Shown one piece after another: positions 1 to 12,138 of a stretch of 64,000 bases of DNA. Numbering within the stretch: the first letter of the stretch is position 1; every line of letters begins with the position of its first letter. The notes under the pieces were generated by a model that ran no database searches, was not told the origin of the DNA, and was given only the letters and a program-made list of their open reading frames with translations. Position numbers and translations under genes: made by a program. The DNA lies in the NCBI GenBank assembly GCA_963693365.1, contig CAVNZM010000015.1, positions 5,774,624 through 5,838,623 on the forward strand. The letters run 5' to 3'. This DNA is from Amoebidium appalachense. Its lineage: Eukaryota > Protista > Ichthyosporea.

Positions 1-427
1 AGCTAGAAAGGGATGTGATGCATAAACCATGCCATGAACGGGTAGTGGTTGTGGTGTACAGGAACCAAAAAGTAATGTCGATCAGGATTATGCTTTAAAG
101 GGGGTATTGATTAGCGGTGCATTGCATACCCAAAAGTATGTTCGGTGTGGTGCATTGTAGCCACCAAGGGGCACAGGGCGTGTGAGGGAACGGATAGACG
201 TGAATGGGAGAAGTAGCGGTGTATAGGTCAAATGGGTTGGTGGTGGTGTGCTGTGCGTGTATGCATGTGTGCCAAAACGCTGCCCCGATTATTCCCCTTG
301 CTCCTTTTCGGCCTCCACCTCATCCGCCCAACCAAAAAAAGCGATTTAAACAAAATTATGACACATTTGCAGGCAAAAACTGCACGCAACAAGCAAGCAA
401 GCAAACACATGTCAGGGGACCACAAAC

Positions 428-3400
428 CTTGACAAACCACAGCACGATCAGCAGCACCAGCTGGATGGCCGTGTACACGTGTACCCATCTGGAAGCTACC
501 AGACGGAGCACGTGGCTGGGGGGGTACTTCTCTGCCTGGGTTGGGGGGTGAGGGGGGTTAGGGGGTGGGCGGTGGGGGGCAGCCAAACTCACCAAGGTAA
601 GAGAGCCTCGTTGCACAGAGGGTCCTTTCCAACCCCCCCCCCCCCCCCCCCCCCCCCTCCCCCAAAACACACACACACACACACACCTCCCACCGTCAGC
701 TGTGTTGATATCATTGCACATGCGTCAAGGCGCACTAACGTGCAGAAAACTAAACCTCTCGTTGAAGGAATCTAGCGTGCAGGTGCATGCCTGTGTGTGG
801 GCTGAGATTGGGGGCGTGCCCATGTCTGTCCTTTACTCTTGCCTGTGTGTCTATCATGTGAATTGTGTGTGTGTCTGTCTGTGTCAATGTGTGCGTGCAT
901 GTGTATGTGTGCCTCTCTCTCTCACTCAGTGCCCCCCCCCCCCCCCCCCCCCCCCCCATTTTGTGTGTGTGTGTGCGCGTATCTGTGTGTCTGTGTGTGT
1001 GGTGAGGGGCATGTACCTGTGTGAAGACCAGTAGAAGTCTGTCCCACATGTGGTTGCCCTGCAGGGGGGCCATGCCTATATATAGAAAGAACCCCCAGAG
1101 CACCCCCAGGGGCACCACCCCCAGCACCTTTGCAATGGGCACCGTCAGCCCTATGAGGATGTGAGTTACAAGCCCAGTCCAGCGCGTCTCACGTGATCGA
1201 ACCACTCGGGTGTAGCTGGGGGGGGGATGAGTGTGAGTGTGGTGGCTAGGTGGGTTGCAAGCAGGGGGAGAGGGCAGGGAGGGCTTGTGGCCTCACCCTG
1301 TAACAGCGAGCAATAAACAGATGCTGGAGCAAACAGAATGGAGAAAATAAAGTTTCGGAGAGGGAGGGGGGGGGAGGGGGGGGGGGGGGGGGGGTGCGTG
1401 TGTGTGTACGTGTGTGCGTGTGTGGGGAGGGGGGGCAGGGAAGGGGGGGGGGGGGGGGGGGGTGCTGCTAATAGTTCAAAGTGCCTGTCGTTTGCATGTG
1501 TGCCAATGTGTGCATGTGTGCCATTGTACACGTGCATGCATGCTATGCGTAAGTGCACGTGCATGCATGCCATGTGTAAGTGCACGTGCATGCATGCTAT
1601 GCCTAAGTGCACGTGCATGCATGCTATGCGTAAGTGCACGTGCATGCATGCTATGCCTAAGTGCACGTATGCACCACCACCTAGGGACACCTACACCCTT
1701 CCATGCACGTGCACATCGACCCTGTCTGCCAGCTGCAACACATGCATTGGGCTCTGCGGCAGTGCACCGTGGGCAAAGGGCAGGCCCAGCAGGGAGCAGG
1801 GCAGAAGGAGAAGGGCTACCACAAAGAGGTCCAGATCATAGCCAGTGCCTAGGGGAAAAAACAATGGACCATATGGTCAGTCGCATAAAAGATTTTGCCA
1901 CATTCCATCCCCCCCCCCCCCCCCCCCCTGGACACACACACACACACAAACACAAATTTGCCTCTCCCTTCATCACCACTCCGTCGACAGATCACTACCG
2001 ACCCTCCCCCCTCCCCCTTGACAACATACACCCACCTACCCATCTACCGCTCCCTTTATGAAAACACCTTACAAAAAACCCCCTCCCCCCCCCCCCCTCC
2101 CCCCCCCCCCCCTTTCAAATGCACGGTTGCACACACCCTTTCTCAGACGGTTTGCTGGCTTAGCGACCAGCATTGAGCTGATGTTCTGATCCAGCACAAA
2201 CAGTGTGCTCAGTAGCAGGGCAGGAACACAGGCCAGCACCATGGCCCAGCTAGGCAGCGTGCTGAGGGGCACCAGCCAACTGCGCCCACTGGATGTAGTC
2301 AGCCCCACACTGCTGGGTACCTGGGGGGGGGGGGGAGTGAGGGGGAGGGGGGGGGGAGAGGGTTAGGAGCCATAGACACACGCGCAGTGGTGTGCAAAAG
2401 CACACACAGGGGCAGAAAAACAGAGGGATTTGGGACAAAAAAGAGGGATCGAAGGGAAGGGGGGGGAGGGGGGGGGGGGGGGTTCGGAGAGTGGGTGGTG
2501 GTGAGAGTGGTGGTGGCGGTGGCGGTGGCGGTGTGACGGGTGAAGGGTGTGTGTGGTGGTGGTGGTGGTGCCGGGGGGGGGGGGAGGGGGGGAGGATTTA
2601 GCATTGCAGGGTACAAAGGAGACGTCACGGATGGACAACTGAAGGCAAATCTTTGGGGGGGGGGGGGTGATGTATGCGTTAGAGGGTTGGAACTATAGGA
2701 GAGAAACCAAAGGACTACAACAAAACGTCCCAAAATGAGAAACCCGAAATCAAGCAATTTAAGGCGTGCAGGCAGAAGACACCTTGGGGGGGGGGGGGGG
2801 GGGGGGGGGGGATCGAGAACGGAAGAAGAGGAACACAAGAAAGAACCAGGACATGCTCTAGTTTCCAAGCGTGTGTGTCTGTATGTCTCTGCCTGCAAGA
2901 ATAACTGTAGGTAACAGACAGTATGTATGTATGCATGTATGTCTGTGCAGGCACGTGCATGTGTATCTGTGCAGGCACATCCATGTGTGTTTATGCAGGC
3001 ACACACATTCATGTCCGTGTGTACAGGCACACACATTCATGTCCGTGTGTACAGGCACACACATTCATGTCCGTGTGCACAGGCACATGCATGTGGTGTC
3101 TGTGTAGGCATATGCATGCAATTGTCGCCATTGTCTGTGCAGGCACGTGCATGCATGTGTGTATGTGTGGCAAGCACATGTATGCATGCATGTGTGTATG
3201 TGTTGCAAGCACATGTATGCATGCATGTGTGTATGTGTTGCAAGCACATGTATACATGCATGTGTGTATGTGTGGCAAGCACATGTATGCATGCATGTGT
3301 GTATGTGTTGCAAGCACATGTATGCATGCATGTGTGTATGTGTGGCAAGCACATGTATGCATGCATGCGTGTATGTGTTGCAAGCACATGTATGCATGCA

Positions 3401-4577
3401 TGCGTGTATGTGTGGCAAGCACATGTATGCATGCATGCGTGTATGTGTGGCAAGCACATGTATGCATGCATGCGTGTATGTGTGGCAAGCACATGTATGC
3501 ATGCATGCGTGTATGTGTGGCAAGCACATGTATGCATGCATTCGTGTATGTGTGGCAAGCACATGTATGCATGCATGCGTGTATGTGTGGCAAGCACATG
3601 TATGCATGCATGCGTGTATGTGTGGCAAGCACATGTATGCATGCATGCGTGTATGTGTGGCAAGCACATGTATGCATGCATGCGTGTATGTGTGGCAAGC
3701 ACATGTATGCATGCATTCGTGTATGTGTGGCAAGCACATGTATGCATGCATGCGTGTATGTGTGGCAAGCACATGTATGCATGCATGCGTGTATGTGTTG
3801 CAAGCACATGTATGCATGCATGCGTGTATGTGTGGCAAGCACATGTATGCATGCATGCGTGTATGTGTGGCAAGCACATGTATGCATGCATGTGTGTATG
3901 TGTGGCAAGCACATGTATGCATGCATGCGTGTATGTGTGGCAAGCACATGCATGCATACATGTGTGTATGTGTTGCAAGCACATGTATGCATGCATGTGT
4001 GTATGTGTTGCAAGCACATGTATGCATGCATGTGCTTGCACATACACGTGCACATGCACGCGGGCACCCACCTGTATGCTGGGCACAGTGACGCCTAGCA
4101 GTGCCCTGAGCCCCGTCATGACACAGATAGCAATGGGGGCACCAAAGTCACTCAGCAGTGTCCTGATCATGGGCCGTAGCAGCAGACTGCGCCTCCAGCC
4201 CACCAGCCACATGCACAGCAGGCACGTGCCTAGTGCAAGGAGTAGGTTGCACAGGAACACCTGCCCAGAAAGGTTAGAGGGCCAATCAAACATGGGCCAC
4301 ACCACAACCACTGACATGTTAACTATTCTATATGCTGTCCTACACATAAGGATAAAGCCCACTATATACCAGCCGACCCACTACTAAATATCATCCCCAA
4401 TACTTCCCCACACACTACCACATACACTATTGTTATTTCACCCCAGTCGATACCTATCAACCATCCTATAAATTATCCCACCCATTTGATATAAACTACT
4501 TGATATGCTACCACAGCCAATACGACGTACACCATACAATATATCACCCAAATCCTGTGTTGAGGACAATGCTCTGC

Positions 4578-4611
<34 letters not shown>

Positions 4612-5426
4612 TTTCCCCCTCCTCCTCCTCCCCCCCCCCTCCCCATCCCTCTTGGTTTGGCCCCTTTCCCCTCCCCCCACTCCCCCCCTTTCGTGATTTG
4701 TCCCCCCCCCCCCTCCCCCCCCCCCCCTCCCTCCCCTCCCCCCTCCCCCGGCGCTTGTTTTGCCCCCAAAACACACACCCGTATACAAACAGGGGCAAAG
4801 AAGCAGGCCCCTACCTCCATTGTGTCGTTCATCCTGCTCTCCACAAGCGGCTTCATAAACTCCCCAATGAAGATACAGCTGATCAGCAGCGCAAATATCT
4901 CCTCTGTGGCTCAGTGTAAGTACATGTACACCATGCAAATATATCATGTAAGTCCACACACATACACCATGCAAATATATCATGTAAGTCCACACACATA
5001 CACCATGCAAATATATCATGTAAGTCCACACACATACATCATGCAAATATATCACGTAAGCCCACATACACCATGCAAACACAAAAGAAAAAAATCCCTA
5101 GTAAGTCCACACACACACACCATGCCACATACCCTACAACGGCCCACAGGCACAAAACGAAAAGCGCCAATCATGCTAATCAGTTGTAAACGGAGAGGAG
5201 GAGGGAGGAGGGATTAGTGTCCACATTAAGGGTGCAACATTGGAGATTGTGGGTCTTGAGGGCACGGGCCCATCACCCGCTTAAGGTATTTGTCTCAGTT
5301 CATGCGTAAGAGCGTGGCCTCTCTTTTTCTCCTTTCCCTTCCCCCCCGCCTTGCCTTTCTCTATATGTGTGTGTGGGTGCGCATGTGGCGTATGTGTGTG
5401 TGCATGTGTGTATGTTTCTTCTCTCA

Positions 5427-5458
<32 letters not shown>

Positions 5459-7849
5459 CCCCCCCTCTCTCTCTCTTCTCTCTCTGTGTGTGTGTGTGTG
5501 TGTGTGTTTGTGTGTCTGCGCGCGCGCGCACGCGCACGTGTGCATGTTGTGCGCATGTGTGTATGTATATGTATATGTGTATATGTCTCTCTCTCCATTT
5601 CTGCGTGCGTGCATATCTATGTGTCTGTGTGTGTGCATGCGCAAACGCGCACACGCGCGCGCCTGTGTGTGTATGAGTGATGGAGTGAGTGAGTGAGTGA
5701 GTGAGCGAGTGAGTGAGTGGGTCAGTGAGTGAGTTATTGAGTAAGTGAGAGAGAGAGTGTGTGTTTGTATATGCATGTGCATAGGGGCAGGCAGAACATG
5801 CACATACCCGTGAATGTATCGACATACTGCACCACAGCATTGGCCTCCAACCCCACCATGGCCAGCAGAATCAGTGCCGTCCACAGACCCACCCACCCAT
5901 AAAAGGGCAAGAAAGGAATGCCCAGGGCCGCAGTCCACTGGTGCAGCACGGAATTGTAGACCGTCAGTGGGCCAGTCGTCATGATCACCGTAAGGGGCTG
6001 GCCGCTGCAAATTGCAAAGACCCCCCCACACAGGGCCTGGCCCAGCATGGTCTCCACAACACCAATTGACCCCCCCGTGCTGCCCTCATCCTGTAAATTC
6101 CTTGTTACCTTCTGCTACAATGTCAACCCCCCCCCCCCCCCCCCCCCCCCCCCCGCCCTCCCGCCCGCTCCGTCCCTCCACACCCCCACCCACCCAAGCC
6201 CTCGTGAAATGCATTTGTCATAGTGTCTATTTAGCATTCCTCCTGAACTCTTCTCTGCCAGCCCAGCCCAACCCCACACCCCACCCCGTGCATGCGGCAC
6301 ACAAGCAGCACCCACCCCAGCAACCTCCCCCTTCCCCCCTCTCTCCCCCCTCCCTCCCTCCCTCTCCCCTCCCTCTCCCCCCCCCCTCCCCTCAATTTAC
6401 CCCACACACCATTGCCACCCCACGCACCATTGTGTTCATGTTGTTGAGTGCGCCAAATGCCACACTGGGCAGCATGATGGCGCAGTAGAGCCATGCCACT
6501 GTGGCCACATACTTGGCCACACTGGTGGGGTCTAGGGGCACGATGCCCTCCAGCCAGTCACTGGCATACCACCTGGCCCGGTGTTTGATGTCTCTGACTA
6601 GCCCTCCAAAGAGCCTGCGGGGGAGATGGGGGGGGGGGGGGGGAAGGCGGATTAATAATGGCAGAGACACATTGGCCAAACAGACCAGCTACACCCCCCT
6701 GCCCTCCCCTCCCTCCCCTCCCCTCCTCCCCCTCCCACTTCCGTGCACAGCCAGTTGGGTCTGGCCACAGTCCTGTGCAGGCAACACACGTAGCCATATC
6801 ACAACCAACCATAATAGGACAATACCCCCCCTCCCTCCCCCCCCTCTCACTTCCCTGGGTCCTTGCCATATACATACACCCCCCCTCCTCACCCCCCCCC
6901 CCCCCCCCCCCCCCCCACCCTCTCTCTCTCTTGCCCACCTCCCCCCCTGCCCCTCCCCCCCTCTCTTTCCGTGCAGGCTGAACACCCACACTAATGCCAC
7001 CACGCCCTTCAGTCCACCAAACTGCCATACCACCAAGACCCCCTCCCCCTTTCCTTCTTCCCCCCCCCCTCCCCCCCCCCCCCCCCCCCCCCCCCCACAC
7101 ACACCCACCCTTGACCCACCCACCTTACCCTCCCTCCACCCCCCTCACCTGCCTGTGCGCTCGAATGGGCTGTGCCCCTGCACTGTAGGTTCACTGTGGG
7201 CCTCAGCCACGTGCCTGCACACAGTCACACTCACAGCCTCCCTCAGGCTGCATGGTGTGTGTGCGTGCAGGGCTGCAGACACAAACTGGGGGTCTGATAG
7301 GAGGGCTGCATAGCATCGTGCCACATACAGGGGGGTGTGCTGGGGGGATGTCTCCTTCCCTGGCCCCAGCACCACCGCCACAAACCTCGTGAGGTAGCCC
7401 TGTGCGCCCATGTTGCTGCTATGCGCTAGGCGGCACATGGCCACACAGCCACTCTGCAGGCCAGCCACAGTGCCAAAGGCCACAACATAGCCTGGGCCCT
7501 GGAGGGTCTGGCCCCAGTGTAGATGGCCGGGTGGGGGGTTTGGGGGTAGCTTGTCCCTGCGCCATACATTGTTAGAAGGTAAAATAGAGGGGGAGGGGGA
7601 GGAGGGGAGGGGGGAGGGGGGGGGGATTGAAGGAACCAGGACAGAGGGGAAAGTTCCAAGATGCGGGGAGGAATGGTTGGGTGGTGTGGGAGGGTACAGA
7701 GGGAGTGGGGAAGGGGGGAATCGCGGTATTGGGTGACTTAAATGAGGAATGCTCCCCAATGGGTGGGTGCATGTGTGGTAATGGTGTTGATGGTTTCTTT
7801 CTTTCTTTTCCTCTCTCTCCTTTTTTCTTTCCATCCTTTTTTTTTTAAA

Positions 7850-7895
<46 letters not shown>

Positions 7896-8487
7896 TGGGG
7901 GGTGTGTGGAAGGAGGGCGGGAGGGGGGTGATGGTACGGGAACGGCCTAGGTGGGTGGGTGGTTGGATGGGCGAGTGGGTGGATGGGTGGTGGTGGTTGG
8001 GGCGGGGAGGGGGGAGAGAGGGGAGGGGGAGCCTTGCACGCAGGCAGGAAAAGGGGCACGTGCCGCAGGTATGTTGTACTGAAGGCACTGGCGGTTGAAC
8101 CAAACAGAAAAAAAATCATGCTTGTTGTTGTGAATGTGGGGTAGGTGTGAGCTTGGTGTATTTTAGTGTATATGTATATAATATCCGAAGGTGTACAAGT
8201 TTATGTTGTGCTGTGTGGTGTCTGTGTGCGGAAGTGTGTGTGTGTGTAGTTAGTTAGTTAGTGTGTGTATGTGTGTGTCTGTGTATGTGTGTATCCGTGT
8301 GCCTGCGCGTGTGTGTGCGTGTGTACAAGTCTGTCCGCGCGCTCCACATGTGTGTGTGCTTGCAAGCCTGTTATTCTCTCCGCACCACTTGTGTGTGCGT
8401 GTGCGTGTGCGTGTGCATGTGCGTGTACGTGTGTGTGTGTGTGTTTGTGATTTGAGTGAGTGAGTGAGTGAGTGAGTGAGTGAGTGA

Positions 8488-8523
<36 letters not shown>

Positions 8524-8752
8524 CTTGAAGGTGTGTCTATGTGTGATGTTATGCTGACACGGGGCTCCAGCCAAGTGCTGTTGGGCAGCACGAAGGACGG
8601 CCGGGGGGTGAGCACTGGCTGGCTGTGCAGCAGAGCACTGGTAGCTGCAGCCAAAAGTCCCTCCGGAAGCTGCCCAGCCACCACCAAGCCACGGAGGAGC
8701 GCTGAAACCACCGTGGAAGGGGTGGAGTGGCATAGGTCCAGGAGCACCACAG

Positions 8753-8825
<73 letters not shown>

Positions 8826-8941
8826 ATGTATGTGTGTGTGCATGTGTGTGTTTGTGTGTATGTAAGTGTGTGTGTCTGTGAGGGTGTCTGTGTTCTGTGT
8901 GTACTGTACGCGTGTGTGTGTATGCACGCGCGGTGTGTGGG

Positions 8942-8983
<42 letters not shown>

Positions 8984-9613
8984 TGTGTGTGTGTGTGTGT
9001 TTGTGCATGTGTGCGTACCCAAGCCCACGTGGGGTGAGTGCCAGCTTGCAATATGTATGTGTATGTGCTGCGTGTGTCATGGTGTGTGTGTGTGTCCGTA
9101 TGTGGTTGAGTGCGTGTGTGCATGTGTGTCTCAGGCAGAGTGTGCGTGCGGTGGTGTTAGCCACTGTCCGCGTGTATAGTGCTTGTGTGGGAATGTGCAT
9201 GGGTGCTCTTGGCGAGAACGGTTAGTGCTTCAGCCCGGTTGGGCAAAGAAGGGGAGGTCTTAGCCATATGTTCAGTTTTTTAGGTCAATGGCAGGGCCCA
9301 AGAGAAGGAAAGCACAAGGTCACCTCGACAGGGTTTAAGAAAGTACCGTGGCCACAGTGCACACAGTTCGCACCACACCATGCTACTCCTACTCCCCCCT
9401 CCCCTACCTCCCCCCCCTCCCCACCTCCCTCCCCCCTCCCCCGCCCTGATAAACACACACAAGCATGCACACAATGCCCACACGCACACTCCACACCCTC
9501 GTGCCGTACCTGTCGCAGTCTGCAAATGCATCCAGGTGTCTGCGTGCGTGCAGGTCTGTGCCCACGTGCACGGCCGCCAGGCCATCGACCTCCACAAACA
9601 GCGGCCGGCCCAT
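428..9613 (-). CDS. SLC4-family (SLC4A11/BOR1-like) anion/borate transporter, multi-exon, 3' end outside the window
   Basis: Phase-consistent exons: 9613-9510, 8754-8524, 7556-7149, 6614-6428, 6090-5808, 4903-4815, 4260-4072, 2320-2137, 1848-1695, 1215-1017, 535-428. All are GT-AG except the 8754 acceptor. Motifs: RLFGGLVRDIKHRARWYASDW, SGQPLTVIMTTGP, TFTEEIFALLIS, SDFGAPIAI, DQNISS..NRLRKGTGYDLDL, GALPQSPMHV, RETRWTG, VLWGFFLYIG. The N-terminal LHARRHLDAF..SVVLLDL resembles the SLC4 cytoplasmic domain. Confidence 0.9.
1528..1668. repeat. 27-bp intronic minisatellite, about 5 copies
   Basis: Unit CACGTGCATGCATGCTATGC(G/C)TAAGTG; 9-aa periodicity in the ORF track. Confidence 0.9.
2995..3085. 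repeat. 28-bp intronic minisatellite, about 3 copies
   Basis: Unit GCACACACATTCATGTCCGTGTGTACAG. Confidence 0.8.
3150..4035. repeat. 35-bp intronic minisatellite, about 25 copies
   Basis: Unit GTATGTGT(G/T)GCAAGCACATGTATGCATGCATG(C/T)GT, head to tail with no spacers; 35-aa periodicity in the ORF track. Confidence 0.95.
4928..5078. repeat. 36-bp intronic minisatellite, about 4 copies
   Basis: Unit CACCATGCAAATATATCATGTAAGTCCACACACATA. Confidence 0.9.
8756..8824. repeat. (GT)n microsatellite
   Basis: Pure GT run abutting SLC4 exon 2. Confidence 0.95.
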
Positions 9614-12138
9614 TGCGACACGGACTCCAGGCTGGCGCAAACGTCAGAAAAGGGGTTGCGTGGTGTGTCTCGGGTGTTTCTGTGTGCTCAGTGCTATGGA
9701 GGGAGGCAAAGCTAGGCCATGGCTAGGCAACTAGACGCCAGGTCTAGAGTCCAGTGCTGGGCCGCATGTCGACAAAACGGCCCTCGCCACGGTGTTTGCA
9801 CTGAGTCAGCAGCCCAGTGAAATCACGTAATCGTCTGCACGTGCTGCTGAGCCACTCGAGACTCCGTAGACAACAGCAAGGGGTGCCCAAAGGCAATTTC
9901 GGTTATTTTTGAATAATTATGGGCCAAGACCAGCTTCTAGGGAATGCGGATACTCTAATAAATTTAGTTATATGATATAAATTATCTATATTTAGCGCAT
10001 ACGAAGCGAACAACCGTTTGTGGCAAGATTCTTTCAGACTCAGATGAGTCAGATTCGCAGCGAAATTACATGGACGGGACTGAAGTCCGGTGCGGGGGGG
10101 ATGACCTCCAGGCAGGTGCAGTTGTTTTCCTGCAGGCTGCAAGGAGCTGGTGAGCTACCTCTCTCCATCATGGTTCTGTCTTCGCGTCCTTTACCCGCCG
10201 GGGCGTGCGGATGGTACTCTGATGGCCGCGAGGCTTCTCGTTTAGGGGGTTGGCGGCCTTCTGGGTTATCGACGACACCCTTTTTCTATGATGGGGGGCA
10301 CAACTAAGTTTTCTCCAACTCTACGTTTTCTCCTTGGGGTGCACCTGCGGCTTGGTTGACGTCTCCTCCGCGGCGCTCTGCTATTAAATCATATACATTA
10401 TGTTCTACTAGGGAGAGACCAGTCCCTTGCCCGCCTTCCTCTTCTACACGTGCTTTCTTGAACTTGGCCCGATTAGCCTCAATCTCTGCCTGCGGGTTCC
10501 CTTCTTAAAATTGGGGTCGTACTTGGGGCAAATTGGCGACCCCCCAAAGTGCCCCTTCTGCATGCAGGAGTGGCATTCGAATTTGAGGGCCGGGCACGTC
10601 TTGCCTTCGGCGTGGCTGCCGTACTTGCACCCATGGTTGCAGGGGGTGGTGCCCATGTGCGAAAAAATAGACGGCTTCTCGGTGGCACCAGATCCACCAC
10701 CGGGTTGCGGTTTTGTGGGGGGTTTCTGACGTTAGAATGGTGGATGGGTTTCGTGTGTGCCTGTCTCTTTCTTTTTCTGAGAGATAGGCAACAACTCCAG
10801 ACAGGGTCAATTATTCTTCTTTTCGTGTTTGTCTGAGTTGACATTTGCGAAATTCTTGTTCGTCTTCCCCACCCAATCGGTGAGACAAATCCAAAATTTG
10901 GTGTGCCTCAGACTTAAGGGGGTACACACGTGCCCACAAACGCGCATGCCTGCTTGCAAATTCGGCCACCCTTTGCTTGCCTTGTTTGAGTGCATTTAAT
11001 TCGGCACTGAGTGCCTCTTGCACACGCTGGTCGTGAAATTTCGTAACTAGTGCATGTGCAAATGCATCAAACGTGAGTTCTCCCTGTGTCCTGGTAAAAT
11101 TCGTGTACCACCGTCACGGGCGGGGGAAGCAAGAGGAAAGCACTGCACCGCCCAGCGAACAGCAAGTGTGGGGGGGACCCCTGCAATGCAAAACATCTGC
11201 TGGGAAAATTCGTGCAGCCATTCAATCACCGTGCATTTATCCTGCAGGTCACCCTTGTATTCTGGTAGTTGCAATGCAGCCAAGATGGGGCCGTATTCGG
11301 ATGCATATGCAACTGGCGGAGAGGGTGCAACCACAGTTTTTCGTGCTCTGCAAAGTGCTTGTTCAATATAGACCCAGCCTTACCTCCTGAGCCTGTGCTG
11401 ACATCAGAGCCTCTCGGGCGACTTGGCGTGCCTGCCAGTCCACCTGCAGGCGCCAGAGGGGATCCTGCAAGGGGGATTTCGTTAAATACGGGTGCAAAGT
11501 TTAGGCTGGTCGAAGTGATCTTCTTCATGCACTTTCGCAGTCATGTGTTCGTTTTCGTTTGTGGGTGTGTCTTCGTAACTTTGTTCGTGTTCTTCTTCAT
11601 TTTCAGCATCAGAATCAGTGTAGCTGAGTGTGCGCGCAAGCACATCCTTATATGTAAATTTTGTGGGGGGTGCGGGAGGTGCAATTACCTTGGGATCGGT
11701 GCACCCAGGTGGGACCGGGGACAAAGGCTTCTTGCCTGTGGTGGGTGGGGGAGGACGGGGGGTGGTGGGCACCTTCGTATTTTTCACACGTGCCTCAACC
11801 ACCACTGTGCTTCCCGCTCCAACTCAGACCATTTCGCGGACGTGCACAACATTCTAGACAGTGTGGTGTCTTCCATCTGCGAAATCTCACTGTAATGTGA
11901 GATTCTGGAACTGCGCGGTCGCCAATGTAAACAGTTGAACTAGTTGGGATAAGGCAGAGAACAACTGAATCAGAATAAAGACAGAGAACGGGTAGTAAGG
12001 CACACGCGGCCAGGTTACTATTTAATGTGCTCATTCAGAGTGATCCCCGTACTGGGACGGCTTGTTTATATAGCCCCCAGGTTCCGGATCATCTGGATGG
12101 GTGGCATTGATGCCTTCGTGACTTCTGACCAGTCAGAA

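Noticed and set aside
3150-4035. CRISPR-like array of ~35-bp repeats
   Set aside because: No unique spacers and no cas genes; it lies in a eukaryotic intron.
2923-4387. Long Cys/His/Met-rich ORFs in all six frames
   Set aside because: Translation of a stop-free 35-bp minisatellite; only 4072-4260 is a real exon.
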